DNA of 64,000 nt from Carcharhinus amblyrhynchos (taxonomy: Eukaryota): positions 30,566,001 to 30,630,000 of the forward strand of contig OZ336891.1 of NCBI GenBank assembly GCA_965287045.1, written 5' to 3'. The position numbers were made by a program, and so were the translations under genes. Positions 13,030 through 26,061 of the stretch are shown piece by piece. Every line of letters starts with the position of its first letter. The first letter of the stretch is position 1. The notes under the pieces are model-generated. The model did no database searches. It saw only the letters and a program-made list of their open reading frames with translations, and was not told the origin of the DNA.

Positions 13030-14189
13030 AGCATTGCTGCTGGTCAAAACTTTATTTTATCTAAAAGTACTTTGTAGATAGATAGCATGCTGTTCCATTT
13101 AAGCCTTGTTGTTGCTTGCCTTAATTTCTAGAGTTAAACAAAAACATAATAAAAATGGAAATAAAGAATAAAAATGTGACGGAGAGCTTTGAATACATTA
13201 ATACATGACAAAGCAAGTATATGAAAAGAATGATTTACTTCGACATAAAATTGCTAAGTTTAGCCTCTTAAAAACAGAGTACAGTACATATAATATGTAC
13301 ATCCAAATAACTATCTATATTTTTACAACTAAGCAGTTTAAACAGTTCTTATAAAAAAGTAACATTTTTTTGTCAGTAAAGGGATATATAGTGTACTAGT
13401 AAGAGGTAGTTTTACTATACATCATCTGTTCTGCTGTCCAATTGTATAGAAATGTAGATTTATAGTGTTTCTATGCTGAAAGTTTCTATTGTAATAAATA
13501 TATTTCTATTGTTCATTTAACATTCACTTCTACCAAGATATCAAAATATAAAAAAAAATCAGTATTTTAAAGCCATCGGGTACTCATGCTTTCCTATCTG
13601 AATATGATAACATGTGAGATGAACAATTAACTATTTCCCCTTTGCTGGAGTAATTTGTCAAATCTACCAGAAGACTTAATATTGTAAAACTATGGTGAAG
13701 AGCATATATGGCATTATATCGTCATATAACTCAGTAAGCTGCCAACAAATTCCATCCATGTTTTCAACACGGTATACATTTACATTGGATCATTAGGAGT
13801 CCCATGATTCAAGTGCTAATGGATTTTCCCTTTAATGAAATCGACACTGTGATATACACTTTTTCTTAACATTGTACAGTGACTTTTAGAAGCCTATAAA
13901 ATAAATGGTCCATTGGTTCTGGGCTCATATGTGCACGTGTAGCTTTGCTAGTCACACACTTACCAGCCAAAAACCAGCTGTAGACCAGTTCATATCTATA
14001 AGTACCCCTGACCATCCATTATTTTACTTAAATTTATGGTAGTCCTGTTTAGCTGAATGAACAGCGACACATAGTTGTTCCCAATATTGTAATCCTGTTT
14101 AGCTGTCTGGTGTTACCTCATCCAGTTCTTCGTAGCATTATGTAATTCCCGGGGATTGTGCCTCTCTCAGGATTACTCAGTCCAGATAT
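13030..14189 (-). other. LGR6: Probable LGR6 3' UTR (3' end uncertain)
   Basis: AT-rich, free of recognisable repeats, directly after the stop; minus-strand AGTAAA at 13234-13239 and AATAAA at 13051-13056. Confidence 0.55.
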
Positions 14190-15448
14190 TTATACATGAG
14201 ATGTGAAGGAAGGTCCTTTGGTTGGATAAAAGCTGATCTGAAGGTTGTTATGAGCTTGCTCTGTGCTCTTTGAATTAATCAAGAGCTCCTCATCAGCGAA
14301 GCAGGATTGTCGTGTTGAGTAGCTCTCTTCCTTATCGTTGCCTTTCCTCTGTTGACATGGGATAAGAGTCACAGGAGGAAATGGATAGGCCTCCATCATC
14401 TGACGATGACTCGACAGAACTCCCAGGCCATCAGTTGAATTAAGAATGATTTCGTTATCTGCAAAGGTCATCAATGCCAGGGTGGAATCACACGACTGTT
14501 TGTCTATATCTTCTGAAGTGAGTGAATCGATGCTGCCTTGTTTTGATCGGCATCTTTTCTGCCATTTGTACTCACGCAGCATACGGAAATCCTCTTTGAA
14601 ATGTGGGTTGAATAACAGATAAAGCAAAGGGTTTAGACAAGCAGGCAGCGGGAGGACCAGAAGCAGGATTGATTTAATTACTTCCGGACTGATTAAGAAA
14701 AGGTTGAGCAGGGAAGAAAACGTAAGAAAGGCCACAGGACAATATAGGATGCAGTTGGTGAAGATAAGCCAAGCTACGTGCTTAATCATGGCGCAATCCC
14801 AGATGCTGTCAAATTCGCCTTTCATTAGGTCGCAGTAAAGTTTGGTGTATGTCCCAGTGATAACAAGGAAGCAAAGAATATTCATCATGATTAGAGCCAC
14901 CATGAAACCTAGAGTGGAAGGCTTTCCATCGGGGATAGGCGAGGGGAGGCAAAGAGGTGAAGTCCCAAATTCTCCAACTGAGCATAGAGGCAGTGCGGCC
15001 GCACTGAATGATAGCACCATGCAGCAGACAGCAGCAATTTTCACACTACTGAAAGATGGTGATTTCCCGTATGCTCGGACACAAGACACAGAAATACTGC
15101 ACTGGACGGCTGCAAGAGTCAGGAACAGGATGGATGCTTCGGAGGCAAATACGGATACAAATCCAGTGATCCTGCAGCCCAAGCCAGTTTCCCATTTTGC
15201 ACCATGCTTTGCAAAATTCCCAAAAGTCATTGCATCAACAATTGCTAAGGTGCCACTGTACAGCCCTGTCAGCATATTGGCTCCTGCTATCAGACCAATC
15301 ACAAACTTTACTGGAGAGAGGTAGCTGGGTGATGCAAATATCGTTGCGATGACTAGTCCATTGCATACCAAGGAGATAAGAACTATGCCCCAAACTCCAA
15401 GACGGATTATCCAACTTTCAAAAAGATATTCACATGGATTAAATGGAC
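14190..15448 (-). CDS. LGR6: LGR6 last coding exon (exon 18 by human numbering): 7TM domain and C-tail
   Basis: Acceptor ttgcag|GT CCA TTT; reads [33 protein letters not shown]...[19 protein letters not shown]...[18 protein letters not shown]...[22 protein letters not shown] and the terminal SHV match recalled human LGR6 rather than LGR4/5. Confidence 0.96.
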
Positions 15449-15792
15449 CTGCAATGATTTTAACAATGAGATGTTAGAAATACTGACATAACCATATCTT
15501 TTGTTCATGTTACTAAGTTTGTTCCATCATTTTGGTTGACATGTTATAACCACCTTATAAAGTTAAATTTTTAGCATAGTTATATTTGACATTTTCTGTT
15601 CCAAACTAGAACAAGGGCTGGATTTTGGCTACTGGGGTGGGTATCTTGAGATAAGAAACTTCACGATTTGCCACACCTGCCTTGGTAAAATGTGATACAT
15701 CAGATTTTCACTTCAAAAAAGGCAGGTGCGTAATGAAGTCAGGACCACTGACCCTAGAAACAGATGCAAAAAGGTCATGGCAGTGGATCCCC

Positions 15793-16098
15793 ACAGTGAA
15801 GAAGGAGACCATTCAGCCCATTGAGTCTGCACTGACAACAATCCCACCCAGGCCCTATCCCCATAATCCCATGTATTGACCCCTGCTAATCCCCTGATAC
15901 TAAAGGCAATTTAGCATGGCCAATCAACCTAACTCACATATCTTTGGAGTGTAGGAAGAAGCCGGAACACCCGGAGGAAATCCATTCAGACAAGGAGAGT
16001 GCACAGACTCTGCACGGACAGTGACCTGAGACTGGAATTGAATCCGGTCCCTGGCGCTGTGAGGCAGCAGTGCTAACCACTGAGCCATTATGCCATCC
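15793..16098 (-). mobile_element. HE1-like V-SINE, type A
   Basis: Head, V-domain and CR1-type tail. Confidence 0.85.
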
Positions 16099-16187
16099 TA
16101 CACGCTCCCAATTATTTGAAAATATTTTAGACTCGCTAATTCTCACCCCTCACAACTCCACCCACTCCACTCCCATGGTCCTTCATA

Positions 16188-16868
16188 GGGCCCTATTTTA
16201 CCATTTTGATTCTAAGTGATGGGCGGACTTGAAACTGGGAGTGTTTCAGATCTGACTTTCAGACCCCTTCTCAGATGCCCCATATGCACTCTGTCTGAAA
16301 AAATAGCAGTAATTCCGAATTGCGTTGCACAAGTCTGTGGGTGGGGCTTAATGCATATGAAACCCTGCAGCTCTGATTGGCATTTCCATGCGCAGAGAAA
16401 AAGAAAATAGAATGCCACTCCCTTGCCACATCCTTCCAGGATAATGCTTGCCCCAGCCCCCACGGACATTACCCCTGCCCAAAACATTACTGACCCCCTC
16501 TCATTCTCCCACTCCCCCTGCCACCCAGAGTGATCACGGCTCTTGTCACCCTTGCTCCCCACCGATCTCAGGCAGAGTGGCAGCAGACCATACCTTCCCC
16601 TCCACTGCTCTCAGGCAGAGTGGCAGCAGACACCCTTTCTTCCTCCCCGCTGATCTCAAGCAGAGAGCCGTCAGACGCTAGGCACCTACCTCCTCACTAA
16701 CTGGAGCACCCAAATTGGACTTTTATGGAGCATGTCTGTTTCGCACCAATTCTGGATGGGTGAATTCAGTGGTGAAGGGGGAAGTGCTGGTAAAGTTGGG
16801 AGTGCAGCACATTAAGTTAACATAAATTCACACCGAAAATGGTGCAACTTGATGGTAAAATCGGGTCC
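16188..16868. mobile_element. PIF/Harbinger-type non-autonomous element
   Basis: TIRs GGGCCCTATTTTACCA / TGGTAAAATCGGGTCC, flanked by ATA/ATG; internal ~42-bp tandem repeats at 16564-16670. Confidence 0.7.
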
Positions 16869-17764
16869 ATGGTCTTCATGCAAGATCAATGCTAATATCA
16901 TTCCATCCAACATATAAACACGATAGCCACAAACTCCATAGCCACTATGGGCAGCCCTCAGAAGCCATGTGAAGATGAAAAATATACTTCTAAAATTCTA
17001 ATACAACTCTCACCATACAAAGGTGATAGTAAATAAAAGCTTTCATTCATGAAAACAAGAATTCTTTCCTAAAGTACTTAAACTCATAAAAACAATTTAC
17101 TTTCATACCCCTAATCTTTTAATAGTCTCTTTAAGCTATCAATAAATCTATGGACTCCAAAGATCCCATTGAGATAATTGTAGCATTTGTAGCTTAGTCA
17201 TACATTCATAATGAATAACCTTTAAGGAAATGTCTACAAAGAATTCTATTGAAACGACTTGAACAGATGCTCCACCAACTGGTGTGTCAATCAAAGCAGT
17301 CCAGCAGAGTTTTTTTAACAACCACTGACAGCTGCAGCCAGTTTTCTTTATAGTTAAAGAGTGGGACCTTAAAAAAAATCATATTATGATAATTAATTAG
17401 ATCTCATGAGCCCCTTACGAGCATTTATGTTCAACTCCATAAATTTATGACTGTGAGACCATGAGGCCCTTGCATCAGCTCAAATTGTGTCTCTTCGAAC
17501 TCACCTTTAAGTTCAAATGTCCCTGTTGTGTTTAGGTTTCTATACTGCGTGAATTCTCTCACCCACTTTCCCCTACTGGCAAAAATGGGACCTGTCAGAA
17601 ATGGGGTTGGCACTTGAAGTCCAATTCACCATTTTTAAATATCTGCAGGGTCTTCTCAATCCAACCAAAATCTAGCTCTAATTGATTGGTTTTGTAAGTT
17701 TTCTGGGTGTGATATAATTATCACCTTTGCTTTTTAATATCTCATTTGCATTTTGGGGACTCAC

Positions 17765-17845
17765 CTGGAGCAGGTGTGCACTGAATACTGGGATGCAGTT
17801 TGGGGTCTTCCACATCTAACTGAAAGTCTTCCATATCTAAATAAA
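17765..17845 (-). CDS. LGR6: LGR6 exon 17 (hinge), 81 bp
   Basis: ccag|TT TAT TTA GAT...GCT CCA G|gtgag; FYLDMEDFQLDVEDPKLHPSIQCTPAP; phase 1-1 joins exons 16 and 18 in frame. Confidence 0.93.
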
Positions 17846-18123
17846 CTGGACAATTTTTGCAAAAGAAATAGTGTTAGAATGTGGGTTTTGAGAGAATTTC
17901 AGCAATACCATCAAAAACAAGAACACACAATTCATTTTGCCTTGCCTGAGTACAATTACAACACCCTTCATAATTGAAACAATATTTGGCTCTCCTTAAC
18001 TATATTTTCCCCAAATTGAAGCTTTTTTATTTATAAACGCTTCAACATAATGATGGTTTTTGATCATAAAGTGTAACTTCATGATTACAGAGCTCCCAAC
18101 AGGGAATGGAGCTCACAGGATTT

Positions 18124-18420
18124 AAGTTTATTTATTAGTCACAAGTAGGCTTATATTAACACTGCAATGAAGTTACTGCGAAAATCCCCTAGTCGCCACA
18201 ATCCGGCGCCTGTTCAGGTGCACTGAAGGAGGAGTTACTTGGCCAGTGCACCTAATTGGTACATCATTTGGACTGTGGGAGGAAACCAGAACACCCAGAA
18301 GAAACCCACTTAGACATGGGGAGAAGATGGAAACTCCACACAGACAGTCAACCAAGTCCAGAATTAATGTCCCTGGTGCCGTGAGGCAGCAGTGCTAACC
18401 ACTGTACCACCGTGCCACCC
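18124..18420 (-). mobile_element. HE1-like V-SINE, type B
   Basis: Same head, V-domain and tail as the 10190 copy. Confidence 0.87.
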
Positions 18421-19469
18421 ACTTCTGCTACTTCTGAGCATTTTGGGGATGCTATCTCTCAGTCTTCAGCCTCTAACGATTAGCATTAGATGTGTACTTC
18501 TGCTGATCAGAAGGCACTCAGATCCATGATGTAACATGCTTGGCCAGAATCAGCCTTCCCGATCACTGAATGTCAGCACATGTTACTTTTCCCAGTCAGC
18601 TCAATCCGGTGACTGCCCATGGAGGATACAGCCCTGGCTGCCCATTCATTTGAAGTGGTAACACAACCAGGGCAAGAATCCTTCAGGAACTCAGATGCCT
18701 TGGGATAAGCACCACCTTGATCTCAAGAGGTTAATGAGATCATGCTGTGATCAACCACCAACATTCAGAACAGATTGAAGCATAAGTCCCAAGGTAGACA
18801 TGTTGGTAAAAAGAAGCACCTGTTATATAAATAGGTACATTAAAACTGCACTTTAAAAGTGGAGTTCAGCTTTCCGAAGAAAGTACGTGTGTTGTTTGTT
18901 TTTTTGGTGTTAGATGATATTTGGAGGCTACTTTGTTATGGGAGACTTCTTCTAAACTTTATTATTGGACTGTTACCTTTTTAAGTAGATCGTTAATGAA
19001 GCACTAATGGGGTGGCACGATCCACAGGTACAAGAGGCAGTGTAATTAATATATAGTTGGTTCTTCTATGGTTGAGCTTTTATCCCCAATAAAATTTCTT
19101 GACATTCAAAAGCTGGGAACTTAGTCACTTCCTGATTTCTTTTATTCACTCTTTGGGTGTGGGTATTGCTTGGAAGTCGAACATATGTTGTCTATCACTA
19201 GTTGTCCTGAGAAGATGTTGGTGGACCTTGTGATTGATAATTTGTCCCTTTATTTTATGGGATTAACTGAAGGCAAGTACAATCCTGGCTTAAAATGACA
19301 AAACTTCTGGGCAGGCAACTTTTCATTTCCACATATGCATCACTTTGGGACAATCAATGATTTCACCAACCAGTAGTACATGACCATAAGACATATTTTG
19401 GAGAGGTTATGCCTTGACCCATATGCAAATTGTGGTGTCTTTCAGTAGATCTACACCAGATTTTTACAT

Positions 19470-19866
19470 AAGATTACATATACAGCACAGAAACAGGCTA
19501 TTTAACCAAACCAGTCCATGCCCAGGTTTAAACTCCATTTGAGCCTCCTCTCACCTTTTCTCCTCTAAATCTACCATTGTAACCATTTATTCCCTTCACC
19601 CTCAAATGCATCACTATTATTCACTTCAATCATTCTCTGCGGTAGTCAGTTCCACATTCTCACCATTCTTTGGGTGAAGAAGTTTCTTCTGAATTCTCTA
19701 TTGGATTAATTGGTGACTATATTATCTTGATGGTCTCTAGACATGCTGTTTTCTAAAAGAGGAAACATTCTCTCTGTAACCAATCTATCAAAATCTGTCA
19801 TAATTTTACCCCAGCCTACTTTCGTTAAGAGAAAAGACACTCAGCTTGTCAATGCTTTTCTGATAT
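19470..19866 (-). mobile_element. Decayed CR1 3' end
   Basis: Reverse complement of the CR1 terminal region (RNFFTQR..RMWN) with a repeat tail. Confidence 0.65.
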
Positions 19867-20240
19867 GGGGGTATAGGGGATGAATTATCCAGACATTCAC
19901 ACTGGTGGGATTGCCCAGTCCCACTGTCTGCACACCTCCCCTCCTGTGGGTTTTGCAGCAATGTGTGGTGACATCAGTGGGAGATCCCAATGACAGCAGC
20001 AGGACCAGCGAATCCTGTTGCCAGTAAACAGCGTGCCATCTCCCACTGCCAAGAAACATGCAAATTGAAGGCTGGAGAATTCCTCCCAGATTTATCCACA
20101 CATTCCTGCAATTGTCTTTGTAGATCTTCCCTGCATCCTCTCCAGTGCCTCTGTATTGTATTAATAATATGGTACCAAACCAAACAAAATTTTGTGCCTT
20201 GAATTCATTCCGTATGCTAGAATGTTACTATAATACTTAC

Positions 20241-20401
20241 AGTTACTGTCTGGTGCAACAGGGAATACACCAATGGCTCTTTTCTGGGCATCCTCATCAT
20301 CACCGAGAGTAGCTTCTGCACCCCATAGGTTAGACTGTTTGTAATTATTTTTGCAGGATCCATATGCACAACACTGGTAAGCATATGGCATTTCCAGCAC
20401 C
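20241..20401 (-). CDS. LGR6: LGR6 exon 16 (LRRCT/hinge), 161 bp
   Basis: acag|G GTG CTG GAA...AAC T|gtaag; VLEMPYAYQCCAYGSCKNNYKQSNLWGAEATLGDDEDAQKRAIGVFPVAPDSN; PYAYQCC is the LGR4/5/6 motif. Confidence 0.95.
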
Positions 20402-21845
20402 CTGTATACAAAATACAAACTTTGCAATTAATAAGCAGTAAAAAGTTTAGATCCACAGCACATAACAGTATAAAATGTCAGTGAAATTTTTCAGAATTCT
20501 TCCAGGGATAGCAATGGGGTATTAAGTACTTTTGTTTGCCTGGTATAAAACTGGGAACAGTATTTATCTTCTCCTGTTTTCCCACAGGCAAAGTTGCTAT
20601 TGCATGGTCAAACTGTTTTATTTCTTCAGGTTCTTCCTATCAGGTTTTTGGGAGTGTAGAAACATAGAAGATAGGAGCAGTAGGAGGCCATTTGGCCCTT
20701 GGAGCCTGCTCCACCATTCATCACAATCATGGATGATCGTCCAACTCAATAGCCTAATCCTGCTTTCTCCCCATAATCTATAGTCCCCAAGTGCTATATC
20801 TAGCAGCCGCTTGAATACATCGGTAGGAATGCCACAGAGAAATGGCCTTATAATGAGAGTTAATAGGACAATTTTAGATTGCCATTAATATAATGGGAAT
20901 TAATGTCTTGGTGGTTTGGAATCCCTCATTGATACAGACAAATGTACTTACATTGTTCCAAAACTTTATTTTAATTTGCACATTTTCAATTAGCTTTATG
21001 GTCCCACTGCTGAACTACCATAAAGAGTGGAAAGAAAATTTTTTGAAATAGCATAGTTTTATTTTTGTCTGACAGTGCCAGAACAACAACACGTGGAAGG
21101 CAACTATGATGAGGACAGATAGCTGTTTGATTTGTTAAGAGTGTAGCTTAATGACCACAGTTTGTGGTGCGTTTCTCAATAGCATTAATGATTTGGCATA
21201 TGAATAATTTGCTGGGAACAGTATCCTCACCATATCATAAAGCTATTTTTAATTCAACATATTTAAGCAAAAATGCATGAGTCACTCAAGCAATTTTATA
21301 AGGATTAATTGGGAACGTATTTTCTCACAATGATTTCCCATAGGCTGGCCAACTGGTTTAACAGGACTGTCATTTATGATCTTGAGGTTTAGTGGGATGT
21401 TTATTAGACTGGGAGATGAATAGATTATTAGATTTTATGTATTTTAGCAAACTGCTAACCATACATGAATTTTTATGGTTTTAGTTTTTAAGCCAATGTG
21501 TTTGCATTTTAAAATGTTTAATTTCCGCTTGAGGTTTTTTAAAATCAGTACAGTAATGCTTTGTACATATGCCAATAATAAAATCATCAGCGGGAGGAAT
21601 TTCACTCCCTCGATCTATGTGTTGAGACTTCAAGGCCAGAGTTTTGCGGCTGTTCACGCCCTGCCACCACTGCAAGAGAGGGCACAAAGTTTGGCACATA
21701 GCCAAATCTCTATTTACTGAAGCGGGACCAGAGAACATCGCTGGTGTGAACAGCTGTAAAATTCCGGCCCATATCCACCCATGTCACGTCCGAACATACT
21801 GCGTGTCTAATGTTGTTTTGATGAGAGGTGACAGATTTGAAACAT

Positions 21846-21973
21846 AGGCCGGAATTCTCCAGCCGTTCATGCTCCGTTGCCGTTGCGTGCGAGGAAGGCG
21901 AATTTGGCGCTCAGACAAATTTGCTGCGGGACTGGAGAATCCCGGCTGCGAACGAGGTTGGAGAATCCGGCCC
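21846..21973. mobile_element. Harbinger-type MITE inserted in an old PLE end
   Basis: TIRs GGCCGGAATTCTCCA / TGGAGAATCCGGCC; splits GAAACAT|ATTAACTCTGTTTCTCTCTCCACAGATGCTG; sister copy at 55926-56061. Confidence 0.7.
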
Positions 21974-22782
21974 ATTAACTCTGTTTCTCTCTCCACAGAT
22001 GCTGCTGGATCTGCTGAGTATTTCTAGCATTTTCTATGTTTATATGTCCAGTGTATCTTTTCCCTCTTCCTATCACTTTTAATGAACAACCATAGGACAA
22101 GTACAAGTAGAATGACTGCGAAAAACATTGAATTGTACAATTCTCACTCAGTGAACAAGTTATATCAGTGCAGTTCATTTCCCACTATGTTCTGCTTTTT
22201 CTAGTTTGCTGTTTCAAAATAAAATGAAGGAATATGATCATGCACAACAAATTATTTGCTTAAATTCCTCTTGTTTGACATGAAATGGATCTCATTATTT
22301 AAGCTTAAATTTGTTATTCCTTAATGCTTCCCATATAGAATTCTCCGAGATCACATTTCTACATTAATCCTCACAATATTGGATAAAACAAGAATTTTGG
22401 ATGATTAATATGATTGCCATCACTTTTATTGCCAGTTCCATATTCACGCTCCAATCAAGATGACAGGAAATTCTGGTCGCCATATGTAATGACATCATTA
22501 ATGCATGCATGAAGGTTTCCTCTAATCAGTATTTTTAATAAAATTGCAAATACATTAAATCTTTGCTAAATGCTAGTGAATATTGCAAAATTTCCCTGTT
22601 GTGGATTAATCTCTTTAAAATGATGCCTTTTAAAGTGATGTCAATTCTGTAGATGACTTGCACAGGCAGTGCAATCTGCTGCACTGACAAAGATATGTTG
22701 ATTATTATTTTCTTCTGCACCAAAGCATCAACATTTAGAAATGAACATTTCGAATTAAATGATTGGTTCCAATAAATCCTAC

Positions 22783-22908
22783 CTTAGCTTGGGAAAGTTC
22801 TCTTCTGAATAGGACTCAGAAAGTGCCAGATTTCCTTTTAGTTTTAGATGTGTCAATCCACTGAGACCATTCAAAGGGAGGGAGGAAAGTTGGTTGAAGG
22901 TCAGGTCC
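22783..22908 (-). CDS. LGR6: LGR6 exon 15 (LRR), 126 bp
   Basis: gacag|G GAC CTG...CTA AG|gtagg; [42 protein letters not shown]. Confidence 0.95.
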
Positions 22909-23270
22909 CTGTCAAATGTTAGATATATATAAGATTGGCAGTTAAGGGTAAACTTGCAATGAATTGAGTATTCAAATAGCATAGGAGGTCACTGCTTATT
23001 CACAGAAGCTCACAGAATTTTGCTTTGGTAGTTACTTATCCATCACAGAGATGGTACTGATGACTGTTGACTCTGGCACTGAGAACTGCTTAAATAAGAA
23101 ATTTAGTACTTCTAGTACTAAAGTACTTCTAGTACTTATTTCTAAGTACTTAGTACTTAGAAATTTCAGTACTTCTGGACTCACTGTACTCCTGGTACTA
23201 CCAGCCACCACTGTTCTGGGCCTGACTGTCAGATAAACATCAGTAACTGACAGTTTTTAACAGGTAAGAA

Positions 23271-23886
23271 AACAATCTGAACAATCGCTCACAGTCCATT
23301 ACAGTAAGGCTGGGAATACGACAGCTCTTCCAGGGAGCTATGCCTGGGATATTATGATCAGGGGGAAAGAGAGAAATTCTGGGGTATGAGAGCCCAAGAT
23401 TTCATTGTGAGGCACTAAGGAGCATTTTGGGTTCACAAGGAAATCAAATAATTCTTCTTAAAAAATAACTTATCTGTGGCATCCTTCAGCTCATGGCAAG
23501 TTTGGCCTGAAAAACAGTTTTACAGCACAGGTCTCTAGTTGAAACCACAAATCAAGCTCTGCTAATGGCCATCAACGTTTGTTCTGCATTTCAAAGAGCA
23601 CCCTCTGACTTGAGTGGGAGTGAGTGTCCTTGCCGCCTGCAAATTACAATTGCTCTGGTCAGATAGGAACAAGAAAGGAGTGGAAATGTCTGCTTCTTTT
23701 TAAAATCAGGACCATGGAAATGAGTCAAGTCAGTGCAACACTTTTTATCTATTTGCTGGCTTATCTGGGTCCCCTCTGCAGTTTCCTTTAACCCTTTTAA
23801 CATCAGTGTCCTGGCATAGCTCCCTGGAAGAGCTGTCATATTCCCAGCCTTACTCCAGTGGACTGTGAGCGATTGTTCAGATTGTT
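23271..23886. repeat. ~86-bp inverted repeat (23271-23356 / 23801-23886)
   Basis: AACAATCTGAACAATCGCTCACAGTCCA...CAGCTCTTCCAGGGAGCTATGCC and its reverse complement. Confidence 0.9.
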
Positions 23887-25210
23887 GCCATTAAGAAGAG
23901 ATCTGGCTCTCAAAATATCTTGCGTTTTTTGCCAAGGACTTCAGGCGGGCAGTGCAATTGCCACATCCACTGTCCAAAGTCTGCTTCATCTCAACATTGC
24001 CTCCATTGGCCCTTATGCCAAAGAAGGAAAAAAATACTAAGACAGGGAAATAAGAATACTGGTCCAAACTGTTTTTCCCTTCTGGGGTTCATCTCTTACG
24101 CCTTCATATGTGGATGATATCAAGAATATAGAAAGCAAACAGCTACTGTATTATTCAGTGTTTCCAACAATAAGTTTCTTGTTACCCTGGCGTGTGCCAC
24201 ATTAGATGATGAGAACAATCCCCACACCCTCTCAACAATATCAGTCTGATTGAAAATCATAGAATCATAAAGTAGAATCATAGAATTCCTACAGTGCAGG
24301 ATGAGGCCATTTGGTCCATCGAGTCAGCACTGACTCTCTAACAGATTATCTTACCTATCTCTGTAACCACACAGTTTACCATGGCGAATTATTCTAAGCT
24401 ACACATCTTGGAATACTAAGGAGCAATTTACCATGGCCTACCCAACTAACCTCCTGGGTGTCCGTGCCATTGCTATAAAGACACTTGCAAGTGAAACATA
24501 AAGATAATGGACATCGACAAAGGGAAGACAGTCAACGATGGCAGTGACTTCTGGAGTTTGACCTTTTGGAAGGGCACAGGACTAATAGGGGGAGGGAACT
24601 TGCTGTGAACCAAGACATAAGAAACAGAGTTTTGGATGACTTCAAATTTATAGAGAGTGGAATATGGGAAGTCATCCAGGAGGGTGTGGGAATAGCCAAT
24701 TTAAAGCTTGTCAGAAATGAGGATTTCTGCTACAGATGCACAGAAATGGGGCAAAGTCGAACAATGCTACAGAGCTGGAAATAGATGATGTCAGAGATGG
24801 CACAAACATGAGGTTGGAAGTGCATGTCAGAATCAAATGTGGATTCAAGATTGGTTTAATCTCAGACCATCGCCAGGGAGAGAGATGGAGTTAGGGAACA
24901 GAGTTTGGAATGGTGATTAATAAGAATGGCTTCAGTTTTCTCAATATTTAATTGCAAATTATTAAATACTTGTTATTATTTGAGTATATACTCTGTCGTC
25001 AAAATACAGAAAACTGCTTGGGGAAGTATGTCCAGTGCCTACACCACAACAATTATACAAGTGAACCATAGTATTACCATTGCTATTGTTGTGTTAAAAT
25101 GTACGTAATGTTTCTGAATGCCTAGAGATCTTTGCCTTTTGGTTGAAATGATTCTTGTTTTCACCTCATGAACTTTATGAATTGAATTCTGAAGTGTGGC
25201 CTTTTTAAAA

Positions 25211-25554
25211 CATAAAATCATAGAAAGCCTACAGTGCAGAAAGAGGCCATCTGGCCCATTGAGTCTGCACTGACCACAATCCCATTCAGACCCTACCCTC
25301 ATATCCTACACATGTACCTGCTAATCCCTCTAAGCTATGCATCTCAGGATACTAACAGGCAATTTTAGCATACCCAATCAACCTAACCACACACCTTTGG
25401 ACTGTGGAAGGAAATCGGAGCACCCGGAGGAAATCCACGCAGACATGAGGAGAATGTGCAAACTCCACACAGACAGTGACCCAAGCTGGGAATCAAACCC
25501 AGATCCCTGGCGCTGTGAAGCAGCAGTGCTAACCATTGTGCTACCACGTCACCC
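25211..25554 (-). mobile_element. HE1-like V-SINE, type A
   Basis: Full length. Confidence 0.88.
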
Positions 25555-25739
25555 ATAAAGACACTTGGATTTGAACCACAGATCTCTGACACCTGTAGTC
25601 AAATCCTTTACCACTGAGCTATACTCCCAATACATTTTGGCGGCTTTTCTTCTAACCATTTACGAAGCAAAATTCTGAGAATGAACTTGAAATAATTCCA
25701 TCTTGGTTTTCATTGCTTGTTCTGTTTTCAATGCCATTG

Positions 25740-26061
25740 ATAGAATCATAGAATCCCTACAGTTCAGAAGGAGGCCATTTGGTTCATCAAACCTGCATCG
25801 ACAACAATTCAACCCAGTCCCTATCCCTGTAATCCCACATATTTAATCTGCTAATCTCATTGACACTAAGGGGCAATTTAGCATGGCCAAACCACCTAGC
25901 ATGCACATCTTTGGATGTGGGAAGAAACCTGGAGCACCCAGAGGAAACCCATGCAGACACAGGGAGAATGTGCGAACTCCACACAGGCAGTCATCTGAGG
26001 CTAGAATTGAACCTGCATCCCTGGCGCTGTGAGGCAGCAGTGCTAACCACTGTGCTGCCCT
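25740..26061 (-). mobile_element. HE1-like V-SINE, type A
   Basis: Full length with (ATTCTATG)n tail. Confidence 0.88.

Noticed and set aside
14842-15324. 160-aa plus-strand ORF
   Set aside because: Antisense shadow of LGR6 exon 18; no independent coding signal.
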